DNA of 64,000 nucleotides from Kondoa subrosea (taxonomy: Eukaryota): NCBI GenBank assembly GCA_039545335.1, contig BCIN01000002.1, positions 2,156,484 to 2,220,483 of the forward strand. The letters are read 5' to 3'. Positions 43,162-56,402 of the stretch are shown one piece after another (position 1 is the stretch's first letter; each line of letters opens with the position of its first letter). The notes under the pieces were generated by a model that ran no database searches, was not told the origin of the DNA, and saw nothing but the letters and a program-made list of their open reading frames with translations. Both the position numbers and the translations under genes were made by a program.

Positions 43162-44880
43162 TCACATCTCTGACCAACTATTCGACCTGTCTCTTGCCCC
43201 ACTGACCAGTGTGAGTATTAATACAGTTGCTATGTGAAGAACATCAGCAAAACACACTGAAACCCATCTTTGGAATAGCTCACCTTGAGCAGCAATACCA
43301 ATTCCAAATCCTCTATAAAGCTGTCTAATCCCACTTCCTTCATTAACCTTTTTATCCTCTTTCAGTTCAGCACCTTCAGCAGATTGTCTTCGTTTCATTT
43401 GAGCCCTTTCTTCCTTCTTCTTCGCTCGTCTCGATAAACTCAAAGGCAACGATCCAGTTTCTTCCGTCAAAATTCTATAGACCGTTTCTACTACTCCAGC
43501 ATAAGGTGCGGGTCTAGTTTCTACGCATGCTCTGAAAGTCTTGGTTCGGGTTCCGGTTATAGGTGCTCGAGATTGGATTTGAAGCCTTCTGCGAATAGTT
43601 TCGATAGGTAGTGTGATGAGAAGGGAAGATGAACCGACAACGAATTCGAGTAAGGAGTAGATAATGGCGTTGTCGGACGAAGAAATGTTGAAGACTCTCT
43701 CGATGAGTAAAGGAGCAGCGAGATGTAAGAGAGGTCGGGCAGAATAGTCCAGTAATGCAGGAATGACCAGGTTTGCGTGAGTATAGAGTGAAAGTAGGCC
43801 ACCCTCTTCTTGCATGATTCTTTTCAGACCTTGAATGGGTCCGGTATATTTGCGATGACGAGGTTGTATCGACTGGACTATCAGTCTTGTTCGAATGAGA
43901 TCTAGAGGTGAGAGGAGTAGTCCAGTGACGAGATGAGACGAAACGTGTATCATCAGAGGTGCTATTGGGTGAGGTGAGTGGACAAGAGGTAGAGAAGGTA
44001 GAGACGAAGGAGGTGCGAAGGCTGACATGAACAGCGAAAGAAAGAATGGTTGGATTACCGATGCCGCAGAATCGATAAGAAAGCTTGTAAGCTGGCCTGC
44101 GCACCTCTGTCAGGCTGAAACATGGTCGCATAATTTGATCGGCTCACCTTTCCACAAACTCAGCCAGCCTTCGCCTTTCCATTGACCTATCGATCTTATC
44201 ATCTGCCATACACCTCCAGTAACGATAACAGGCAAAGTATATTCGGGTTTAGTTGCTTCATCGTAGATAGATCTTCGTAAAAGATAACCTGAAGCATCTT
44301 GCGGTCTTTGAACTTCAGTCTGCCGCGGTGTATAAGTAGATCCCATTCGAGCAGTTGCATCCGCAAAGTAAGCTTCCGCCTCGCCTTCGTCCGAAAGCTG
44401 TATCGATAGTCAGCTTCTCATCCCCTCATTCTCATATATGAACATACTTCTCCCACATCGCTCGAGAAATCCCTTGACTCATCCAGTCCACCCATATCGT
44501 CCAACTCAGCGATGTTCGAAGCAGCTTCCTTCGGGATCCATTGAACTTGTAACAGTACTTTACCGACTTCGAATGGTTGAACCATCGCAGTACTAGCGAA
44601 CCCAAGTAGAGAAGTAGACAAGAAACCTTTGACCAAGTTCTCAAAGGATGCAGGTTCTGACGAGTCGAGCTCAAAGAGTTCATCCACTCGCGCATATCGA
44701 TTGTTGGTCATTGCAGGAGCAGAGGCAGGTTTGGAAGGACCAGCAGATAGATCTGGACTGAACAGATCATTGTTCAGCACGGAAGGAGCCACATAGTAAG
44801 GCCTGAGAGGATCTGTGCCAATTGCATTCAGCTTGCATAACAATCACTTCGGGAGAAAGCGCACGCTCGCTAGAAGCCAT
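43162..44880 (-). CDS. UGO1: Mitochondrial fusion protein Ugo1 (carrier-like)
   Basis: PLRPYY N-terminal motif, QPFEVGKVLLQVQ, EGWLSLWKG, SPLDLIRTRLIVQ and LPIETIRRRLQIQ. Confidence 0.88.
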
Positions 44881-45102
44881 TCTTCGACGTGTTCTCGGCT
44901 ATTGCTGCCCTGCCTTATACTGAGAAGTCTCTTGCCTGTTGCGAAGCAAAGATGCCCAAATCTTCGACGTGTCTCACAGTGTCACTTGCAGTCGTTGAAG
45001 CGATGTCAAGCTCCTATCTCTTTTCGCAAAGGTAATAGCATGCAGCATGTAAATAAATTAAGCTCTTTCTTCCCTTTCAAAAATCATCTTCCCTTTGGAG
45101 AC

Positions 45103-47142
45103 TCACATATCCAAATTCGCAGCAGTTTGACCTTGGGGCATCCTCCAATTCCCAGTACCTCGACCACTACTGAAGCCTTTACCATCAGGTCCTCTTGGTT
45201 GTCTTACTATCCCACCTTCTTCGAAATTGAAAGGTAATGATGGAACAGCTGGAACACCAGAAGCGTGAATGTATGAGTTCCTATCCCCGTTGGTCCGTGT
45301 TCGATGAGCTGAACGTAAGTCGGAATTGCTTTTTCTGCCTCCTAGACCGGTATTGTATGAAGAAGAAGAAGAATCGGTAGGCCGCAGGTTCGGCATGGAT
45401 TTCTTGCCTCTGAGGTTGTTTGATGAAGCTGTTGATCGGCGAGACATGCCTTTGCTTGGACTCTGTACATGCAATCCTCTCTCCTGAGCTGGAAATCAGC
45501 ATGAAAGGAGCTCCACGCACGGTTTGAGGTGTATTGCTTGATCCACCTTTATAGACAGTCACAAAGCCTGCCCGATTCATCAGCATTAGCATCCAACTTC
45601 AAGAGAATTGAACAGCGCACGATCTTCTCCCTCGCCAGCACTGCGATGATCTAACCCCAATTTTTGTGCGACAAGATGGACGATCCTTCGCTGGGGTGCT
45701 GAAAGCGATCGAGCAAAAGCTAATTCATCTCTTAGATTGTCATCCTTGAAGAGCAGGACTCTTGAGTAAATTTCCAGAGTTTGACTATCGTTCATATCGA
45801 GTTCTGTAAGAGGGCGAGAGAAGACATCAGATCATACTGAAGACCTTCACGTCCGTCTTACCTCGTAATATCTTCTGCGAAGGAGTAGAAGGGGCCATAT
45901 TTTGATATACCGCTTCATTTCCATTTGCACCAAAATCACTTGAAGGCGGACTCCCAAGGCTAGATGTAGCTTGAGCTAGACCATTCTGTATTGTTGAACC
46001 AGGGAATGAAGATGCAGTAGGAGATGGAACAGAGTTGCTATTAGCATGTTGAGCTATCCATTGAGAAGTAGTACCGCTCGATAAGACTTGACCATAATCT
46101 TCGTAATCATCTTGTTGAGGCAGCGGAGGTGGTGGCGCTATGGGTTGTTGATATTGATATTGAGAGTTTATAGTAGCTGATGAAGGTTGATGCTGCAGAG
46201 TAGCGGCACTTCGCATTCTCTTGATTGCTTTTTCCCTTTCAATCTTTTCTTTTTCTCCATGTCTGAGAGCTCGTTTGTACTCTACCCGAAGACGACGACC
46301 AGCGATCTCATATCCGTTCAAAGCATGTAGACAAGCTGTGGATTCTTGAGGTGTTCGGAAATTGGCGAAAGCTAGACCCCGGAAAACGGGAGGCTGATTG
46401 GCTACAGGTGCTGTGTCGTAATGATAATTGAACGCAAAGGGTTGTTCAAGGTGCAGCGAGTCCTGTACGTCGTACGTCAACACCATTACATAGTAAAATG
46501 TGTGAACTGGACATACCATTACGAATAATAGCTGTTCCCTGCTGACACTGAAAGGAATATTCTTGAGAACCAACGCGGAAGGTATAAGCTCATCGCTTTC
46601 GGCTTCTTGACCTGGTAAAAGATAAGGTGCTTGATTCCCGTTTAGTTGCTGTTGAATAGGTTGAGACGTTTGTGGAAGAATATGATCATGCTGAAGAGGA
46701 AGAGGTAGAGGTGGAGGAGCAACTATAGGGTCGTACCAAAGTTGATCGTGCGATGACTGCTGTTGCCAGATCTGATGCGGCTGGCTATTGCTCCTCACAT
46801 GATGATGAGAAGATATATTTGTATTGTTTGAATGTACAGATTGGATAGATGGGGAGAATGAGAAACCGTTTGAGTCATAAGACTCGTCGGAAGAAGAGTT
46901 TGACTGGACCAGGTTCATGTATTGTGCGTTCGATTGCGGGAGAGCTGGAATTGGCGCAGGCAGATCATGCGTTTTGACCGTGAAGCGCTGGCTACGTTTC
47001 TGTTTGCGATAGAAGGTACGATGAGCTTCAATGCAAGTACAAGGTTAGACCAGCTAGTAACCTTTGCTATGCTCCGATCATCTCGACCAGGCGATAAGTT
47101 GAGATTCGCCATGCTGTCAGCGAATGCATTGGAATAGGCCAT
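45103..47142 (-). CDS. PIN4: RRM plus R3H RNA-binding protein (Pin4/Cip1-2-like)
   Basis: LVLKNIPF, FAFNYH..FRGLAFANF..GRRLRVEYK (RRM) and LEIYSRVLLFK..QRRIVHLVAQKLGLDH (R3H), plus RQPRGPD. Confidence 0.82.
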
Positions 47143-47455
47143 GTCGAGATGTGCTGCTTATGCAGTGCCGGACTTTTAACGTCGAGCAGAAATCAATAGT
47201 GCTATTTTGTTCGTGATGCGTGACAGGGTCGTAAACAGTAATACAGAACAGATGTGTAGCTGCGCAAGACGGAGCGCAAAGGAAAGGACGCTTTGACAGA
47301 CTCCTCGCGGTTTGGGAGAAGATCGAAGAAGGCATTGCAATTGGCACGTAACAGAGATTCGGATGGGTCTCGACTTTCGTATGAAGAGAGGACAATACAT
47401 GTGCGCTCGCTTAATAACAGTCATACATTGCAGTATATCACTATGCGGCCCCATT

Positions 47456-48893
47456 CTACAGCTTCTTGTTGAGGTTTGGCATAGTCTTCTTCCTCATTTC
47501 GGTCGCTTGTTCTGGAGTCAACAGCTGAAGATCAGCATCCAATCGACGGAAAGCTTCAGCTTTAGCAAAGCCGTGAGATTGCGCTTCTTCAGCTGGGTGT
47601 TGTTTCGAAATATCGACGACCAAGCTTGATTTGACACCAAAGACCGCGTCACTGAGTAGAGCCATTCAGAAGGAGGCACATCACTCTACACGGCAACCTT
47701 ACCTGAGCAAATATTTGTCGCCTTTAGGGAAGAAAGAAGTAATGAGGGTTTCGAAGCCTTTAGCCTGTGGATCGTTCCTGATCAGCCTGAAAGTCATCAA
47801 TGGGGTGACGATGTGCGCACCTCTACTTTGATATGCAAATGAGCAGGTCTGAACACATGTCGACCAAGCTTATCCAAGAGTTGTCCGACAGGTCCCTGTT
47901 TGAGGAGCCTTAGTGACATGTCGAATGATAGCAGGACGATTCACTCACATCCGAAGGAATTGGATAGGACACAGGCACGCAAGCTCTGAACTTGTATTTG
48001 CCTTCTTTGTCCGTGGTGAGAATACCTCTGCAATCCGGTGCTTCTCTTCCGGCATATTGAGTGTCATAGAACCCATCAGCATCGGTTTCCCACGTTTCCT
48101 GAATAAGGCGATCAGCTCAATCCTTTGTTGTTGCACGGAAGAACTGACCACTTCAGCTCCTGCGATACCGTTGCCGTCTTTGTCCGTCACTCGACCTTGG
48201 ACTAAGAAGTATTCTCCTGATCCTTCGGAAGCGATAGTGTCTCCGTTTTCGAGATGGTGAGCATCAGCAGTAAGGAAAGGTCCGAGAACTGCCAGCAAAT
48301 ATTAGCTTGAGCATCGAGGTGCAAGGTAATGAGAGACCGACCAGTCGATTCAATGATACCTTCTGGTTTTGGGTTGTTCAAGGTGTCGACTAAAGCGCTA
48401 ATACCGAGGATATCGCTGAAAAGGATGAATTCCTGTCAAAACGTGCATTAGCCTCGCGTAAGTCGAGGATAATTAGAGCTACCTGTCTGATATCGGTACA
48501 TTTCTTAGTCTTTCTTCAGCTGCTGGTTCAGCTCAGCAAAGCGTTTACTCACTTGACCAACAGCGGTAAGGAATTGAATGCCAGCCCTATAGTCTGATCA
48601 GCTTCGGCCATTTTCTGCTGCAAGCTGCGCACATCCACTCATCAGTTGTAATAGAAGTCTCGCGAATAAAGTCGTGCGCATGTTGAACAAGGTGATGAAG
48701 GACAAATTTGAGTCGCTCATTCTCGCAGCCGCTATCTACGAACCCTGTCAGCTCAGGAAATTGATCGTATGAGGGAGAGCCCACTGATGGACTGCACATT
48801 CTCAGTAATGTTGTCTGCCCTTAGATCTACGGCACAATATTTAGGTATAGCCAGACTGGAATAAGCAAGCTACTGACCTTGCATTTGAGGCAT
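47456..48893 (-). CDS. Intradiol ring-cleavage dioxygenase (hydroxyquinol/catechol 1,2-dioxygenase-like)
   Basis: LVQHAHDFIRE, CTDIRQEFILFSDILGISALVD, VLGPF, WETDADGFYD, RPAHVH and YLLSDAVFGVKSSL. Confidence 0.92.
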
Positions 48894-49317
48894 CTAGGCA
48901 ATAGATGAGCCACATGAAAAGCAATCCCGCTGTGCTACACACCTGGTCCAACGGGATCTCTGCGTTAGACACTTTGATCAGTTTGCGTCCGAAAGATTGC
49001 CAAAGGAATGACTGACTTGGCTGCGGCGCGGATGCGCTAGCTTTGTTGGTCTTGACTTCAGCTCTAACAGTATCGAAAACCATCTTGTCTATGTCGTTGC
49101 TCAGAGCAAGCGACAGCGCAAGCAAATCAACTCGAGCCTATCTCCGTCGCAAAAGGCGGGAGAAAGGTCGGGGATAAGAAGAAGGGATTAGTTATGCGTA
49201 GGATGTAATTGGCTCGCTATATATCATTCGGTATGCACAGTATGGTTGACTTCTGTCATGTATCTCTTAACATTCGCGCTTAACGGGCGATTTCTTCCTT
49301 TCGATCAATGCATCGAG

Positions 49318-52127
49318 CTAAACCCATCGAGCGAGACGAGCAGTAGCTGAAGGTGACGGCAGCACAGATAGCACTGTGGAAGCCATCGTCGAAGAAGAAG
49401 AAGGCATTCCCGAGCTAGCAGATCCGCTCGCTGAAGCTGTTCCGTTGACGCTTGCCGTGACGGATCGCTCGGTACTGGTGGATGTCGTGATGCGGCCGGT
49501 AGTAGGTGCTTGAATAGGAGAGTTGGCTTGAATCTAGAATGAAGTGTCTTTGAGCGCTGATCATGCAAAAATACGTGTTGTACTCACATATTGCGTCAAC
49601 ACGACATCTTGAGTGTCGAGCACAGCACCAAAGGGCTTGTCAAAGAATGAATCTCCGCCTCCAGCGACGCTGTCTCATTGGTCAGTGTTTATTTTGCGAG
49701 TGGTTATGATCCACTTCTTACAAGTCAATCGTTGCGATGGTGTATGTTCGGGACACATCAACAGGCGATCCAGCTACTTTGAGTGATAGAAGACGTTGTC
49801 CAACAGTTGCGTTGGGGTTATAAACGAATTCCATTCCGCCAATTTGCACGAAACCATCGATTTCCTGATTTGCGACCATTATTGATGTTTTCTGGATGCG
49901 AGACTGAGTTGTGCGTTGCTTACCTCTCCTGTTTTAAGGTTCGTGCCGCTGACAATCCCCTCAAAAGTGTCTACGAGTTCTTGACCGGTGAATTGAACAT
50001 CCTAAAAAACAATGAAAGTCAGCTGACAACGCCTGCCCCTTTAGGGAATGACATACCACGACGGAGTTACCAAAGGGGAAGACTGTAAGGCTTCGTATCC
50101 CAAATATCATTTAGCCAAGTTTCGAATTGAATTTGGCCAAACTCACACATCCCTGCAAAGGGCAAAGCTTGATTGAGACACAACAACAGGACAGAGTAGC
50201 GATGACCTACCCTCTAGTGATGCTTCCAGCCGGTAGAGCAGCTCTGACCCCGCTATAGACCGGTTTGTCAGCTATCTCCTAGCAAGATTGTTTTGCTTAC
50301 CCAGCATTCTGGATAGATCCATCGACAGTAACACCAGTCTGTGCTCGGTACCAGATGAATGCATCGCACATAACGCTACCCATAGCGCATTCGCCTGAAC
50401 CAAAGATTAAATTTCCTAAAGGTTCCGGCTAAGACTTTCGACTGACCCTCATAACAAGCATTTCCTAGGTCGGCAGCTGCTGAACCGACAACTTCTTCTG
50501 AGAACGCTTTGAATGGTGCTCGCGCAGCGTTCACTGTCGCGTTGACTTTTCGCTGCTGTATCAGCAGTGTATTGATCGCAATGAGCAACGGCTTACTGGT
50601 CGGATCTTGAGCGGTCTGGTTGGTCAAAGTGACTGGTCCTCCCGAGTAGCTAACAATCTTGTTATTCTGGTCATAGGCGACATCTGCGAGGTTGAGTATC
50701 AATTTGCGATCTTTGCACTTGTGTTTGGCGAAGTCAGACACACCTATGTGACCAAGAGCATATCCCCATCTATATGAAGTCACAATGAATACCTCATCGC
50801 CGTCCAGCTTTCGAAAAGATCAGCAGAGCAGAAGAAGCATAAAGGCAATAGAAGCCTAACATTTGTCTCAATTGTAGGGTAAGGCCCGGCAGATTGAACA
50901 CCGGTAATGTTTCCTAGAGGTGTATGAGAGCTACAACCAATCGTCAGCCTGCGGAATTTGACTGGATATTTGGCTTGGACTTACTGTCCTCCTACAATTA
51001 GCGAAACATTGCGCGTATTTTGTGCTAATTTTATATCTTCGTCGTACCCAATATGTGTGAGCTGTCAAGTTTGTAGCTGGATCAGCTGGAATGAGCCAAA
51101 TGTGGTAGTCTCGGACATACAGCGATGATGCGGGTCACGTTATTCTGAGTGCTATTCGCTAGCAGTGCATCGACAGTCGTCTGCATAGCAATAGTTGGAT
51201 CTGTGATATTGGTGCTCTCGTCAGGTGAAGCGATAGTCTGATCAACATTAGCGTCCGTGCATTTGCTTTAAAAAGAGCAACTCACTTTGGTTTCTGGTGT
51301 CAGAACAGATACAACAGCTAGGTTGTGTTGAGGGAAGAGAACATAAGGTACAAGTTGACTTGAAAGATTTGATGCAGTCTCGATATTGGCACAGGTGATG
51401 GGATAGTTCAAAGTCGCAATGTAATTGGCAAGGTTGATCTCTGTAGCACTAAGTCGGTCAGCATGCAATGACAGTCGCGTAAGTGTCACCAACCTCCGTC
51501 ATCGAATTCGTCTGTTGGCAGTTATTCAGCATCATGGGCAACAGGTCTCAATCTTCTACTCACGGTTTCCCACTGTTCCGACATCATAGCCAATCTCATT
51601 CACAACAGAAGAGATGAGGGAACCGTTGGTAGCGGTAGAGTAGAAGAGAGTGCCTTGAAACTCATCACCAGCATCCAATAAAAGCGAGTCATTGTTCCTT
51701 GTAGACTGAAGCCGCTCAATCTCGGTCTTGATTCTCGCATATCCTCCAAAGCAAGTATCTCCAACATCGCAGTCGCCGCCCTGGTAATAACATTAGATAC
51801 GACGGATATCATTTAGTGTGCACCATACCCCTCGAACGAATTCATCTAGATGAGCATCTGATGATCTGCATGAGCTCATTGTCCCAAACTTGGGATAGAT
51901 CTACCGACGGATATCATTCGTATGTATAATACTGATATTAGTGTTGCCTTGAGCATCAATGCTGTAGATAAACGGGAAGATTTAGGCGAGCCAGGATGTA
52001 ACATATGTCCCGCGTACAATCGCTTCTGCAGACCGTGGGATTGAAAACGCTTGGAGAGCAAGTGGGAGTGCTCTGAATGGGCCAAGACTGCCGGCAGAAG
52101 AGCAACAAGAGCAAGCAAAGAAATCAT
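49318..52127 (-). CDS. Secreted 5'-nucleotidase/apyrase (metallophosphoesterase plus 5_nucleotid_C, Ser/Thr tail)
   Basis: Signal peptide MISLLALVALLPAVLA, LVDAGDEFQGTLFY, VGNHEFDDG, ALTHIGYDED, IVGGHSH, SYRWGYALG and FVAGGGD. Confidence 0.9.
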
Positions 52128-52363
52128 TTTAGGGAAGGCTGCCAGTGGTGGAGAGAAGAGCTGAGAGAGCTCCGAGACGCTGGATATAAACGTTTCTTCC
52201 TGCACACATGCATTGCTGGCCTGCCAAGGCCCTTAAGTGCTGCGATCAACGTGCTAGAGAATGTCTCTGATAAGATAAGCGATAAGATCCCATCTTTGTG
52301 TAGCTTCCGCGAGGCAGTAGGGACACAGCTCAAACAAGACATTGTAATGTTTTTGTTCGGGCG

Positions 52364-52906
52364 ATGAACTCAGTTCATTCTTCATCGCCTATAATGACAA
52401 ACCTACTAATCAGCACCTCTCGCTCTTCTCTTCCGCAGTATGGATCCAGAAAAGCAACCCCTTGTCGCGGTCGCCGAGGTAGAAGAGCTTCCACATCACT
52501 TTCACTCGATCATGTCCAGCTGTTTCTGTCTTCTCTTAATGCAGCGGCTCGCATGTTCCCCGAGCCTCCTCTTCCTATTCGCGGACCAGTGTACGGCTCT
52601 CCTTATCTTCCGTTACAGCCTTTCCGAGCCAATAGTCTCGGTATCTTTCGCTGTCAGACTCCGCCTTCTGCAAACCTGGAAGTAGTCTTGCTCGACCTCT
52701 TGGAAGAATTGCCAGCCGGAATTTACGATGAGTGCCAGCCAGAGAAGAGACAAGACATCATGGCTGCGCACAAAATCGTATGGTTTCCGAACAATGCATC
52801 GCAAGAGGCTGTGAATCTTGCTGTAAAAAGCGGTAGTAGACCGATAGTGGATGATAGAGAGGGAAGAGATAAGTTGTATCGAGCTTCTGAAAAAGGTGAG
52901 ACATAG
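52364..52906 (+). CDS. Hypothetical protein
   Basis: 180-codon ORF filling the gap between two minus-strand genes; the C-terminal half looks protein-like. No family recognised; true start uncertain. Confidence 0.4.
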   Translation: MNSVHSSSPIMTNLLISTSRSSLPQYGSRKATPCRGRRGRRASTSLSLDHVQLFLSSLNAAARMFPEPPLPIRGPVYGSPYLPLQPFRANSLGIFRCQTPPSANLEVVLLDLLEELPAGIYDECQPEKRQDIMAAHKIVWFPNNASQEAVNLAVKSGSRPIVDDREGRDKLYRASEKGET

Positions 52907-53139
52907 TTCAACGTGAGGAATGCCGCTGATGGCCTGATCAGTCATATGGCTGACCAAGTTTGCATCACCGCGCCATCTCTTGCAATATCTGCAAGTGGAA
53001 TTGATGGGAGCAAGCGAAGACATACAAGGACCGGGAATCAAAGAAAAGGAAAGGTAGAACAGAATACAGACGATGGCTTGAACCCGAATACAGCTACCTT
53101 TAGCTAGCCCGCTAGCTACATACCACAATCAGAGCACCT

Positions 53140-54880
53140 CTAGTACTGATATACTTTGAGACTCCTGATCTCCCAGCTAACAGCAATAGAATCAGCACTG
53201 ATCAAAGTACTAGCGCAATGACCGACAAAGCATCATTGAAGTTCGAGGGATCGCGGATCCTATCACTGCAAGTACCAGGACAGCCATCCTAAGTTCACGC
53301 GTCAGGAAATTATTAGAGAGAGACAGAAGGGAAAGCGCACTTGGTTATATGTGCTTCCGGCCCAATCTATAACACCATTAGAATGAATGTTGACAAGTGC
53401 AGTCTCAAGACTGACCTCCGCATAATGTAGTGTTCTGTAGCCAATACTCAGCCTAGAACTGAAGTCAACTGAATGCATAGAGAGCTCACAATTATAACAG
53501 TCTGATCAGTGAAGTAGTTTGGATCGCATGTTCTGGTGGAGAAGGAGGCCATGGGTGTACCCCATAGAGAGGTGTCTGGACGACCGCTAGAGATGTCCTC
53601 TGGAATGTTATTGGCCTGGAATTATTTGAATAGAGATTTGTAGGAAGGAAAATAACCACTCACATTGAATCGCCAGACTGTAATTGCCTCTCGATTTCGA
53701 AGCTGTGCGTAAACACCTCCGCCGGCACTGTTAAAACCTGCACCAAACGAGTCGTCTCCAGAATCGCGAGTGCCGCAGCCCACATTGCTATTGATCTGTG
53801 GAAGCAGGATGAGTATTACTGTTGCTGGGTCCGGTAGATACGCACAGCAGCATCACAATTGGTGGTCAAGGCAGAGGCCAGCATCGGTGCGTTCGGGGAT
53901 GCCCAACAACCATCGGTGGTATGAAGAGTTACTTGGTTGCGCGATAACAAATTGACACCTAAGCACTATTGTCAAAGCGAGTATCATGTCATGATCAAAG
54001 GAACTGACCCTCGATGATATCGATTTCACCTCCACGACTATACAACAGGGATCAGCCAGGCACAAGGTCTGCATCCGCGACACTTACGGCCACTGTTTCG
54101 CTTGGCCCTGGCGGTAATATGTGAGCTCATCGCCTTTTAAGTGTCACATGCAAATTCACATTGCTGTTGAACTCAATAAGCAATGTGTGCATTTCGAGGA
54201 TGTGTACAGACTTACGACCAGATCGCCGGCCATACACTACATCCAGTACTACATGAGGGTTGAGAGGTGCCCAAGAGTTCGGATTCGGCTCAAACTCACG
54301 GCATTCTTTTGACATCAATTACCAGCAGTTGATCGGCCTGAAGAGCTTCTTTGCTCTGCATACGAATACTTCTTCTTGGTTGACCAGCATCGAGCCAACT
54401 TTTATTGTCCACACCGAGAATAACGTTGCCGTCGTCGTTTACATGAGCTAGATCGTGGAACTCGCCTATGCAAGAAGGAAGCAACTGAGAGGCGTCGAAG
54501 AGAGAAGAGACATACCATAAGTAACCTGTACAGATCGATTATCAGATATCAGTCGAAGCTTTCCAAGGGTAAAAACATACTTGACCATGGGTCGGATCAG
54601 CAGCATCGAAAAAGTCCTTGCATAGGAGTAAGTGAGGAGTATGGATATTGCACAATGACCAACAAAAGCTTTGAAGAAGTTCTCGCCCGACCTGTTGTCT
54701 CAGATTAGCTAACATGAGGTTGGTATACTGTTCGACTGGCCAATCATGTAGAAGACGAGCAGCCCGTGGCGCGAGCTTGTGAGACCGTGCAGACAGAACC
54801 GATCTATGACCGCCTGCGGTCTTTGCTCCTTGAGAGGAAACTGCCAGCAGCACCAGAGCAATGAGAGATTGAAAAAGCAT
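53140..54880 (-). CDS. Glycoside hydrolase family 16 (fungal Lam16-type beta-1,3(4)-glucanase)
   Basis: Signal peptide, FFDAADPTHG, RRSIRMQSK, catalytic GGEIDIIEG, FNSAGGGVYA and C-terminal FWEIRSLKVYQY*. Confidence 0.9.
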
Positions 54881-55362
54881 GCCGGATGCGAGAAAGTTTG
54901 GAAAGAGAGAAGAGGAATAAGAGCAGAGAAATATGACATGTAGGTGGCTGCGCTACCAACATGTCATTTCGGCAAGCAAGTTGTCAATGGCAACCCATGA
55001 AACGAGGTCTGATCACCTCGCGATCCGCGCCGACAGTCATCAGATATAGCTTGGAAGTAAGCCGAGCACTTCTTGTAAGGCTCAAGCGACAAGAGCCCAA
55101 CTTGGCGAGGCTCAGCACGAGCACACACAAAGCGTCATTCGGAGTTCGAGCAAGTGGACGCGCGAATCTCTGAAAAGATCAATCCGCCAGTAAGCAAAAG
55201 CAGAAGCACGATTAGACGGGACACGTTGTTATTCGCAAGTGGTATAGCAAGATGAGAACTAATCAGTGCAAAAGTGCAGGGTTTAAGCCAGACGAAAAAA
55301 TAACCAATCTAATGACGCACTTCAGTACCTATATTGAACACCTGACTACAACTACATACATT

Positions 55363-56313
55363 CTAGGTCTGCACAGAGGGCTGACCAGGATTTTTGAGAA
55401 TCTCCAGGAAGCTCGCTTTTGACAAGTTAGCCACTATACAGGCTCGATCAGCACAGACAGTGTATAAGTCTCAAGGTACGCACAAGCTTGTTCCTTTCCT
55501 TTTGTTCCTAGTAGATTTGGTCGGTGCTTTTCTATCCCTGCTACTGAGGCCTCGACAGCTGGCATAGATCCTTCGATAGCCTTCATCTTCGGTTGTTGAA
55601 TGATTTCCTTCTTCAGTGTAGTAGCATCCGCGTCTTCTGCTGTCCCTTGTGCGGCCTATTGCATATCTTCAAGTTGACTGACCAACTTCGTAAGAGAAAT
55701 TTGACTCACTCTGATTGCGTTGAACAGCTTGACCACACCCCTCTGAGCTAGTTTCCGCAACGCCTTCTCTCCTTCGGCACCAGCAACAGTCCACGGAGTT
55801 TGATCATCCGCGTTAGGCCATTGAGAGAAGGGGATAGCAGGTCTAGGTCCCCATCCGCCAATGATATCTTTCACATGACCTCGCTCTTGACGCTCATGCT
55901 TTGTGGTTTGCAGGTACTTCAAAGCCTTTTTCTCAAGTTTTGCTTCTTTAGCTATGGTATCTGCCTTGCTGCCTTTATTCAAGTGAGCAATAGCTTTTGC
56001 TGAAGGTTCCGGAGCGCCCAATAGTGTGTTGAGAGAAGCACCAAAGGCAGAAGGTGATAGAGCTCGTTTGCGAGGTTCTGCATGACCAGAGCAATATCAG
56101 CTCGCTCCTGTAGATCTCAAGCCTGGACCACTGACTCTTCGCTTTCGGCTGGTGTGCTGCCTCGTTCGCACCCACTATCGCTTCTCCCTCGCTGTCCAAT
56201 GATTCACCCTCTGAACTCAATCCAGATAGATCCGAGTATTCATCGCGATCTTGCATATCAGCGTCCTCATCAGCGCTGTCCAGCCTTTGCCTTTTAGTAG
56301 CCCTTTCAGTCAT
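55363..56313 (-). CDS. RRP15: Pre-60S ribosome biogenesis protein Rrp15
   Basis: Acidic N-terminus, EKALRKLAQRGVVKLFNAIR and LSKASFLEILK. Confidence 0.85.
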
Positions 56314-56402
56314 CCTTGAGTTTGGCCAGAAGATCGTTCGAAAGCAAACGTGCAAAAACTTGAATTGCCTTGACCTGAAGCTGTCATGTTATTTCAATGA
56401 GA

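Noticed and set aside
43514..44131. 205-aa alternate-frame ORF overlapping UGO1
   Set aside because: Low-complexity shadow ORF with no motif; explained by the codon usage of the real frame.
52613..53128. Hydrophobic ORF considered as a TM/GPI tail of the GH16
   Set aside because: Splicing gives the family-typical end FWEIRSLKVYQY* at 53140, upstream of this ORF.
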